Positions 56,894-64,000 of a DNA stretch of 64,000 bases are shown here, piece after piece. The notes below the pieces were generated by a model. That model was not told the origin of the DNA. It saw only the letters and a list, made by a program, of their open reading frames with translations, and ran no database searches. Source of the stretch: Angustibacter luteus (lineage in GTDB: Bacteria > Actinomycetota > Actinomycetes > Actinomycetales > Angustibacteraceae). How positions within the stretch are numbered: position 1 is the first letter of the stretch; every line of letters begins with the position of its first letter. The stretch is from assembly GCF_039541115.1 (NCBI RefSeq), contig NZ_BAABFP010000008.1, positions 186,001 to 250,000 of the forward strand. Reading direction: 5' to 3'. The position numbers and the translations under genes were made by a program.

Positions 56894-58752
56894 CGCGCAC
56901 CTCCCGGGACGTTGCGGCGCTGTCGGTTGAGGGCCGCGTCGAGGGTGATGGCGGCGTCGATCAGGGCGAGGTGGGTGAAGGCCTGCGGGAAGTTGCCGAG
57001 CTGCTCACCGGTCGCGCCGATCTCCTCCGAGTACAGGCCGAGGTGGTTGGAGTAGGTGAGCATCTTGGCGAAGGTCAGCCGGGCCTCGTCGAGCCGGCCG
57101 GCCCGGGCGAGGGCGTCCACGTAGTTGAACGTGCACAGCGAGAAGGTGCCTTCGGAGCCCGCGAGGCCGTCCGGCGAGGCGGCCGGGTCGTACCGGTAGA
57201 CGAGGCTGTCGGTGACCAGCTCGGCGTCCATCGCGGCGAGCGTGGACGTCCACTGCGGGTCGGTCGGCGAGATGAAGCCGACCGTGGCCATCCGCAGCAG
57301 CGAGGAGTCGAGGACGTCGCTGCCGTAGTGCTGCACGAACGACCGCCGTTCGGCGCTCCAGCCCTTGTCCATCACCTGGTAGTAGACGGCGTCGCGCGCG
57401 CTGGCCCAGCGGTCGGCGTGCGCCGGTCGCCCGCGACTGGTGGCCAGCCGCAGTGCGCGGTCGAAGGCCACCCAGCTCATCACCCGCCCGTAGGTGAAGT
57501 CCTGCTTGCCGCCGCGGGTCTCCCAGATGCCCTCCCCCGGGCGGTCCCAGTGGTCAGTCAGCCAGTCGATCATGTCGCGCAGCGCCAGCCAGCCGCCGTG
57601 GTCGAGCTCGATGCCGTGCTGGTCGGCGAAGTACATGCTGTCGACGGCCTCGCCGTAGATGTCCATCTGGGTCTGCTCCATCGCCCCGTTGCCGATCCGC
57701 ACGGGGTAGGAGCCGCGGTAGCCGGACCAGTGGTCGAGCGTCTCCTCGCTCAGGTCCGACGAGCCGTCGACGCGGTACATGATGTTCAGCGGGCCGGACT
57801 CGCCGCCGACCTTCTCCTGCACGCGGTCGCGCAGCCACCCGCAGAAGGCCGCGGCCTCGTCGGTGAAGCCCATGCCCAGCAACGCGTACACCGAGAACGA
57901 GCCGTCCCGGACCCAGGTGTAGCGGTAGTCCCAGTTCCGTTCGCCGCCGACCTGCTCGGGCAGGCCAGCGGTCGGTGCGGCGATGATGCCGCCGGTCGGC
58001 GCGTAGGTCATCAGCTTCAGCGTGATCGCGGAGCGTTGCAGCGCCTCGCGCCAGCGGCCGGTGTACGTCGACTGCCGCAGCCAGTGGCGCCAGAACTGCT
58101 CGGTCTCGCTCTCCAACCGTTCCACCTCGGCGACCGAGATCTCCCGCGGTGGCCCGACCGCGCCGGACTCCAGCACCACGCCGCGCACGTCGCCGGCGCG
58201 CAGCCTCGCCGTGCCGCGCACCCCGCGGCCGTCGTCGGAGACCTCCCAGACCGTGAGGTGCTCGTGGTCGGGGTCGCGCACGGCGTGCAGCGTGAGCGTG
58301 AGCCCGTCGGCCCGGAACACCACCCCGTGCTCGGTCTTGACGGTCTCGTGGCCGATCCGCGCGTAGTCGAACCGGGGGTTCACGTCGATGGTGAAGGTCA
58401 TCTCACCGCGCACGCAGCGGACCAGCCGCACCAGCTGGTGGTTGTCGGTCGCCTCCGGGCCCGGCCGGACGGTCATGAAGTCCACGACCTCACCCACGCC
58501 GTTCTCGGTCATGAACCGGGTGATCAGGATGGCGGTGTCGGGGAAGTACAGCTGGCGCGAGGTGTAGTCCGGCGTGCTCGGCGCGATCCGGAAGACCCCG
58601 CCGGCGCGGCTGTCCAGCAGGCTCGCGAACACGCTGGGCGAGTCGAACCGCGGGCAGCAGTACCAGTCGATCGCGCCGTCCTTGGAGATCAGGGCGGCGG
58701 TCTGCAGGTCGCCGATCATGCCGTGGTCCTCGATCGGCGGGTACTCGTCCAT
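56890..58752 (-). CDS. Glycoside hydrolase family 15 (trehalase/glucoamylase-like)
   Basis: [46 protein letters not shown] and GNFPQAFTH motifs. Confidence 0.95.
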   Translation of the reverse strand: MDEYPPIEDHGMIGDLQTAALISKDGAIDWYCCPRFDSPSVFASLLDSRAGGVFRIAPSTPDYTSRQLYFPDTAILITRFMTENGVGEVVDFMTVRPGPEATDNHQLVRLVRCVRGEMTFTIDVNPRFDYARIGHETVKTEHGVVFRADGLTLTLHAVRDPDHEHLTVWEVSDDGRGVRGTARLRAGDVRGVVLESGAVGPPREISVAEVERLESETEQFWRHWLRQSTYTGRWREALQRSAITLKLMTYAPTGGIIAAPTAGLPEQVGGERNWDYRYTWVRDGSFSVYALLGMGFTDEAAAFCGWLRDRVQEKVGGESGPLNIMYRVDGSSDLSEETLDHWSGYRGSYPVRIGNGAMEQTQMDIYGEAVDSMYFADQHGIELDHGGWLALRDMIDWLTDHWDRPGEGIWETRGGKQDFTYGRVMSWVAFDRALRLATSRGRPAHADRWASARDAVYYQVMDKGWSAERRSFVQHYGSDVLDSSLLRMATVGFISPTDPQWTSTLAAMDAELVTDSLVYRYDPAASPDGLAGSEGTFSLCTFNYVDALARAGRLDEARLTFAKMLTYSNHLGLYSEEIGATGEQLGNFPQAFTHLALIDAAITLDAALNRQRRNVPGGAR

Positions 58753-58812
58753 GCCGGCCTCACTCTCGTTGATCTTCCTCACCCACCCTCGGCCGCGGCG
58801 CCCGCCCTGTCA

Positions 58813-58829
58813 TCGCCCACAACGGGTGA
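58813..58829. promoter_or_regulatory. Palindromic site TCGCCCA-N3-CGGGTGA in a divergent promoter
   Basis: Between GH15 and the antiporter. 22 nt from GAGGGT on the minus strand and from TGACCT on the plus strand; both hexamers are weak. Confidence 0.55.
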
Positions 58830-58889
58830 CGCGCTCGTGACCTGGCCGTGGTGACCTACCGGGAGCGAACTCACCAGGAGGCGACGGCG

Positions 58890-60101
58890 ATGAGTCTCGA
58901 GACCGGTCTGCGCACGCTCCTGGTCGTGTCCTTGGTGGCCACCCTGGCGCCGTTCGTCGCCGGCCTGCTGCACGCGGCCAAGGTGCCGCAGGTCGTGGTG
59001 CTGATCCTGGGCGGGATCCTGATCGGCCCTGAGGTCCTGGACCTGGCCGACCGCGCGGACATCTCGTTGCTGGCCAACATCGGGCTGGGGTTCCTGTTCC
59101 TGATGGCGGGCTACGAGCTCGAGCTGGAGCTGTTCCGCGAGCGCGGCGGCCGGCGAGCGGTGGTCGCCTGGTTCGTGACGGCCGTCATCGCCGTGGCGGT
59201 GACCGGCGTCCTGGCGGCCCTGGGCTTCGTGCACGCCTTCGTGCCGGTGGCGCTGGGGCTCACCACGACGGCCTTCGGCACGCTGCTGCCGATCCTGCGC
59301 GACAACGACATGCTGTCCGGTTCGTTCCGGCACTACGTGCTCCCGGCGGGGGCGGTGGGCGAGTTCCTGCCGATCGTGGGGATCGCGATCTTCCTCAGCG
59401 CCAACGGCAAGGTCCTCGGCCTGGTGTCGCTGCTGGCGATGGGCGTGGTGGCGCTGGCGCTCACGTACGTCCCGCGACTGGCGCGCAGCAAGCGGTTCGC
59501 CACCATCGCGCGCGAGGGCGAGCACGCGACGTCCCAGACGACCCTGCGGTTCACGCTCACGTTGCTGTTCGCCCTGCTGCTGGTCGCGAGCAACTTCGGG
59601 CTGGACGTCGTCCTCGGCGCATTCCTGGCCGGCGTGGTCCTCAAGCGGTGGGCCCCCGGCGACGTGCACTCGCTGGAGACCAAGCTGGACGCCGTGGGCT
59701 ACGGCTTCTTCATCCCGGTCTTCTTCGTGTCCTCCGGGATGGGTCTGGACCTGCGCTCCATCGCCGAGAACCCGTGGCGGCTGCTGGTCTTCTTCGTCCT
59801 GCTGCTGCTGGTCCGCGGGTTGCCCGCACTGGCGCTCTACCGCGGTCTGCTGCCGCTGCCCCAACGGTTCCAGATGATGTTCCTGACCGCGACGGCGCTG
59901 CCGCTGCTGGTCGCGCTGTCCGAGATCGGGCTGAGCACCGGTCACATGCTGCCGGCGAACGCGGCGGCGCTCGTCGGCGCCGGCGTGCTGTCCGTGATGG
60001 TGTTCCCGGGCGTCGCCGTGGCCCTGAACCGCTACAGCGGCAGCGCCTCCGACCCGGCGAACCCCGCCCCGGCTGACGCGGAGCCGGAGGCTGCCGGCTA
60101 G
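58890..60101 (+). CDS. Cation:proton antiporter (CPA2/Kef-type membrane domain)
   Basis: GILIGP, FLMAGYELE, LGAFLAG and FFIPVFFVSSG motifs, about 12 TM segments, AGGAGG RBS. Confidence 0.9.
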   Translation: MSLETGLRTLLVVSLVATLAPFVAGLLHAAKVPQVVVLILGGILIGPEVLDLADRADISLLANIGLGFLFLMAGYELELELFRERGGRRAVVAWFVTAVIAVAVTGVLAALGFVHAFVPVALGLTTTAFGTLLPILRDNDMLSGSFRHYVLPAGAVGEFLPIVGIAIFLSANGKVLGLVSLLAMGVVALALTYVPRLARSKRFATIAREGEHATSQTTLRFTLTLLFALLLVASNFGLDVVLGAFLAGVVLKRWAPGDVHSLETKLDAVGYGFFIPVFFVSSGMGLDLRSIAENPWRLLVFFVLLLLVRGLPALALYRGLLPLPQRFQMMFLTATALPLLVALSEIGLSTGHMLPANAAALVGAGVLSVMVFPGVAVALNRYSGSASDPANPAPADAEPEAAG

Positions 60102-62089
60102 ACCAGCATCGCGGCGGCGGTCTCGGCGTCCACCGCTGGGCTGTAGAGGAAACCTTGGACCAGCTCGCACCCGAGCTCGGCCAGCGCCGCCTCCAGCTCG
60201 GGCGTCTCGACGCCCTCGGCGACGGTGGTCAGCCCCAGCGAGCGGGCGATGGCCAGGACGGACGTGAGCAGCGCCCGCCCCTGCGGGTCGTTGGCCCGCC
60301 GGACGATCGACTGGTCGACCTTCAGGACGTCGACCGGCAGGCGCGACACCGCGCCCAGCGCGCTGTACCCGGTGCCGAAGTCGTCCAGAGCGATCCGCAC
60401 GCCCTCCGCCCGGAGGCCGGCGAGGATCGCGGAGGCTGCCTCGTCCACGGCCAGCGACTCGGTGACCTCGAGCGCGATCAGCCCCGGCGGCACCCCCGTC
60501 GCCAGGCAGCCCAGGACAGCGTCGGCGAACCGGCGCGAGGAGAGCTGGCGGGGTGAGACGTTCACGCTGAGGGTGACCTGGTGCCCGTCCGCCAGCCACC
60601 GCTGCAGCTGCTGCACGGCCTGCCGCAGCACGTGTTCGCCGATCTCGTTGATCAACCCGGTCGACTCGGCGATCGGGATCCACTCGTTCGGCGACAGGGT
60701 GGCGCTGCCCTGCTGCCAACGGGCCAGGGCCTCGAAGCCGACGATCCGCCGGTCCGGCAGGCTCAGGATGGGTTGGAAGTGGGTGAGGATCTCGCCCCGC
60801 TCGACGGCCCCGACCAGCCGGCGCTCGAGGTCGGCGCGGTAGACGACGGCCGAGCGCAGGCCGTCGTGGAACTGGCCGATCAAGGCGCCGCCGCGGGCCT
60901 TCGCGTCGTACATCGCGGTGTCGGCGTCCCGGAACATGGTGTCCGCGTCGGCCTGGCTGCAGCCGTCCGCGGTCGTGGTCACGATGCCGACGCTGGCCGT
61001 GACGGCGGCGCTGACCCGGGTGGTGACGAACGCCTGCTCGAAGGCCGCGGTCAGTCGCTGCCCGAGCTCCGCGACGCTGTCCTCGCCGTCCGCGTCGGTG
61101 CAGAGCACGACGAACTCGTCGCCGCCGAAGCGACCGACGACGTCGCAGCCGCGGGCCAGGCCGACCAGTCGGCGGGCCAGCTCCTCGAGCACCTCGTCGC
61201 CCGCCGGGTGACCGTGCACGTCGTTGATCGCGCGAAAGCGGTCGACGTCGCACAGGGCGACGGCGAGGGTCGCCGGGTGGCGGGCGCCGTCCGCGATCGC
61301 CTGGTTCACCAGCTCGCGCAGGCGGGACCGGTTGGCCAGCCCGGTGAGCTCGTCGGTGGCCGCCCGCCGCTTGAGCTCGTCGTTGGCGCGCTGCCGGTCG
61401 TCCGCCAGCCGCCGGACGGTCCGGTAGGCGTTCATCTGGCGCCCCCACAGGATGGCGGCGATGGAGATCAGGGCGGGCAGCGGGACGTAGCCCGACAGCA
61501 CCTCCGCCGCGACCGCGGAGCCCGACACGACGGTGACGACGGCGAGCACCAGGGACAGGACGAAGCCGACGACCAGCACCGACCGCTCCCGGTCCGAGCG
61601 GCCGCGCCCGGAGCTGACGCACAGGTACCCGAAGACGAGGGCGATGACGACGAATCCGGTCGGGCCCATCAGCGGCCCGTAGTCCGGCATGCCGTCCGCC
61701 AGCCGGTGACGGAACATCAGGTCCGTGCCCGGCCACAGGACCAGTCGCGTCCCGGCGACCACGACGATGGCCGACGTCAGCCACCGCGGTGGCGGCCGAC
61801 CGGCGATGCTGCCGGCCAGTGGCAGCGTGCTGACGGCGAGCACGGCGAGCGCCACCGAGCGGGCGAAGAGCAGCCAGTCGGGGGTCACCGGCTTGGCGAG
61901 GGCCCGGATCACCAGGTCGTTCGTGACCAGCACGGCGGCGGCGGCCAGCGCGGTGAACACGATGAGCCGGGCCGGGGACCGGGGGCCCTCCCAGCGCCAG
62001 ACGCTGGCCTGCTGGGCGGCGAGCAGCAGCGCGAAGCCGGCCAGCACGAGCTGGAGGGCAGCGAGCACCGTCCAGCCAGCTGACACCAC
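60098..62089 (-). CDS. Membrane-anchored diguanylate cyclase/phosphodiesterase (GGDEF-EAL)
   Basis: About 7 N-terminal TM segments, DELTGLANR, intact GGDEF, EAL, DDFGTGYS, AEGVE and QGF. Confidence 0.94.
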   Translation of the reverse strand: MVSAGWTVLAALQLVLAGFALLLAAQQASVWRWEGPRSPARLIVFTALAAAAVLVTNDLVIRALAKPVTPDWLLFARSVALAVLAVSTLPLAGSIAGRPPPRWLTSAIVVVAGTRLVLWPGTDLMFRHRLADGMPDYGPLMGPTGFVVIALVFGYLCVSSGRGRSDRERSVLVVGFVLSLVLAVVTVVSGSAVAAEVLSGYVPLPALISIAAILWGRQMNAYRTVRRLADDRQRANDELKRRAATDELTGLANRSRLRELVNQAIADGARHPATLAVALCDVDRFRAINDVHGHPAGDEVLEELARRLVGLARGCDVVGRFGGDEFVVLCTDADGEDSVAELGQRLTAAFEQAFVTTRVSAAVTASVGIVTTTADGCSQADADTMFRDADTAMYDAKARGGALIGQFHDGLRSAVVYRADLERRLVGAVERGEILTHFQPILSLPDRRIVGFEALARWQQGSATLSPNEWIPIAESTGLINEIGEHVLRQAVQQLQRWLADGHQVTLSVNVSPRQLSSRRFADAVLGCLATGVPPGLIALEVTESLAVDEAASAILAGLRAEGVRIALDDFGTGYSALGAVSRLPVDVLKVDQSIVRRANDPQGRALLTSVLAIARSLGLTTVAEGVETPELEAALAELGCELVQGFLYSPAVDAETAAAMLV

Positions 62090-62163
62090 TAACCCCCAAT
62101 ACCCAACGTATCGACCATTACCATACTGCTTGTCTATTAGTAGGTCAACTGTATGCTGCGGAC

Positions 62164-62787
62164 GTGACCGACCGACGACAACGCAAGTCGCGAGCCGCCC
62201 TCCAGCAGGCCTTGATCACCCTCGTCGCGGCCAAACCGTATGACGCGATCACGGTGGAGGACATCACCGAGTACGCCGACGTCGCGCGGGCCACGTTCTA
62301 CGCGCACGTCAAGGACAAGCCGGCGCTCCTCCTCGAGGTCAGCCAGCAGCTGGTCGCCGAGCTCACCGAGCGCGCCCAGGCCGTTGCCGCGCCCGAGCCG
62401 CCGGTCTACACGGGCGGCGCGGTGTTCACGATCTTCGACCAGGCGGCGCGGCACCGTGCCCTGTACCGGCTGGTCATCAGCGGCGAGGGAGGCTCGGTGG
62501 CCCGGACCGAGCTCGTCGCGGCCTTCGAGCGACTCACCGGCGCCGTCCTGACCCGGATGGTCGCGGCCCCCGCCCACGAACCGCGAGTCCCGATGGACGT
62601 GATCACCACGGCGTACGTCGGGGCGATCCTGCTCACCCTCGAACGCTGGCTCGGTGAGCACCCCGACGCGGACTCGACCGACCCCGGCTCCCGACAGGTC
62701 GCCACGGACTTCCTGCGCTCGCAGGTGGGCGGCCTGGAGTGGTCGCTCGGCTACCAGCCCGGCGAGGCCCGTTTCGAAAGGGCGTGA
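62164..62787 (+). CDS. TetR/AcrR family regulator
   Basis: DRRQRKSR...[30 protein letters not shown] 6 nt after TATGCT, consistent with a leaderless start. Confidence 0.93.
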   Translation: MTDRRQRKSRAALQQALITLVAAKPYDAITVEDITEYADVARATFYAHVKDKPALLLEVSQQLVAELTERAQAVAAPEPPVYTGGAVFTIFDQAARHRALYRLVISGEGGSVARTELVAAFERLTGAVLTRMVAAPAHEPRVPMDVITTAYVGAILLTLERWLGEHPDADSTDPGSRQVATDFLRSQVGGLEWSLGYQPGEARFERA

Positions 62788-62860
62788 CACCGGCCGCGAC
62801 GTCCCAGCGCTGAGCACCCCCGTCGGTAGCGTGGAGGAGCCGTCGACGCAGGGAGGAACG

Positions 62861-63568
62861 GTGCTCGGACTTCCGGACCACGTGCAGGCCTGCCTGTTCG
62901 ACCTGGACGGTGTGCTGACCGACACGGCGAGCGTGCACACGAAGGCGTGGACGGCGATGTTCGACGCGTACCTGCGCGAGCGCGCCGACCGCGGCGGCGA
63001 GCCGTTCCAGCCGTTCGACCCGGTCGCGGACTACCAGCGGTACGTCGACGGGCTGCCCCGCGACGACGGCGTCCGCACGTTCCTGGCCAGCCGGGGCATC
63101 GAGCTGGACGACGACGAGGTCACCGCGCTGGGCGACCGCAAGAACGCCGCGTTCCAGCAGACCCTGCACCGCGACGGCGTGCAGGTCTTCGAGGACGGCC
63201 GGCGCTACCTCGCCGCAGCAGCCGACGCGGGCCTGAAGATCGCGGTGGTCTCGTCCAGCGCGAACACCCAGGACGTCCTCGAGCTCACCGGGCTGGACCG
63301 GTTCGTGGAGCAGCGGGTCGACGGCGTGACGATCCGCGAGCAGCACCTGCGCGGCAAGCCGGCCCCGGACTCGTTCCTGCTCGGCGCGCAGCGCTTGGGC
63401 GTGCCCCCGGACGCCGCAGCCGTCTTCGAGGACGCACTGTCCGGCGTCGAGGCCGGGCGGGCGGGGCACTTCGGCATCGTCGTCGGCGTCGACCGGGTCG
63501 GCCACGCGGCCGCCCTGCGCAGCCACGGGGCGGACGTCGTCGTGCAGAGCCTGGAGGAGCTGCTGTGA
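62861..63568 (+). CDS. Beta-phosphoglucomutase-family HAD hydrolase
   Basis: [23 protein letters not shown] and VFEDA motifs. GGGAGG RBS. Confidence 0.93.
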   Translation: MLGLPDHVQACLFDLDGVLTDTASVHTKAWTAMFDAYLRERADRGGEPFQPFDPVADYQRYVDGLPRDDGVRTFLASRGIELDDDEVTALGDRKNAAFQQTLHRDGVQVFEDGRRYLAAAADAGLKIAVVSSSANTQDVLELTGLDRFVEQRVDGVTIREQHLRGKPAPDSFLLGAQRLGVPPDAAAVFEDALSGVEAGRAGHFGIVVGVDRVGHAAALRSHGADVVVQSLEELL

Positions 63569-64000
63569 TCGAGCAGGGCGCGTTCCCGGTCGAGCCGTGG
63601 CACATCCGCGAGACCCGGCTGGACCTGGGGCTGATCGCGCAGTCGGAGTCCATCTTCGCCCTGAGCAACGGCCACATCGGGCTGCGCGGCAACCTCGACG
63701 AGGGCGAACCCGCCGGGCTGCCCGGTACCTACCTCGGGTCCTTCTACGAGACCCGGCCGCTGCCCTACGCCGAGGCCGGGTTCGGCTACCCGGAGGACGG
63801 CCAGACGCTGGTGGACGTCACCAACGGCAAGGTGATCCGGCTGCTCGTCGACGACGAGCCGTTCGACGTCCGGTACGGCGAGCTGCTGGAGCACGAGCGG
63901 GTGCTCGACCTGCGCGCCGGGACGCTGCTGCGCACCGCGCGCTGGCGCTCCCCCGCGGGCAAGGAGGTCGCCATCACCTCGACCCGGCTGGTGTCCTTCG
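63565..64000 (+). CDS. Glycoside hydrolase family 65 (maltose/trehalose/kojibiose phosphorylase-like), 5' part, runs off the window
   Basis: Not in the ORF track. Manual translation from GTG 63565 gives [16 protein letters not shown]...[28 protein letters not shown] overlap with the beta-PGM gene. Confidence 0.92.
   Translation, partial: MIEQGAFPVEPWHIRETRLDLGLIAQSESIFALSNGHIGLRGNLDEGEPAGLPGTYLGSFYETRPLPYAEAGFGYPEDGQTLVDVTNGKVIRLLVDDEPFDVRYGELLEHERVLDLRAGTLLRTARWRSPAGKEVAITSTRLVSF

Overview
Very GC-rich actinobacterial chromosomal DNA with no rRNA, tRNA or CRISPR array that I can see. From 1 to 19 kb it is mostly housekeeping-type genes: DUF4031, an orphan WXG100, groEL2 with two CIRCE boxes, LytR-C, DUF3263, a PLP decarboxylase, an MFS transporter, ung, a large LuxR/ATPase regulator, HMG-CoA lyase and panD. 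From 19 to 64 kb it is an accessory region with membrane, sulfatase and phosphatase genes, aqpZ, a DUF222-HNH gene behind a RecA-NDp/PafBC-type promoter, and a 3349-aa sortase-anchored protein with 18 tandem 130-aa repeats. It also holds NhaA-DsbA, a D-amino-(sugar-)acid catabolic cluster, GH15-zwf, a GGDEF-EAL protein and a beta-PGM/GH65 pair. The four most notable unexplained signals are: (1) a translationally coupled module of a CHAT (caspase-like) protease, a small Zn-ribbon protein and a 4-TM protein, appended to the GH15-zwf operon; (2) a candidate ~320-nt structured ncRNA downstream of groEL2 with its own promoter, GCAA/CUUG/UUCG tetraloops and terminator; (3) a phased DnaA-box-like cluster just upstream of that RNA; (4) a recurring TCNCCCR-N3-CGGGYGA palindrome 22-23 nt upstream of -10-like hexamers at three loci, suggesting one activator regulon. 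All family assignments come from motif recognition by eye, not from database searches.
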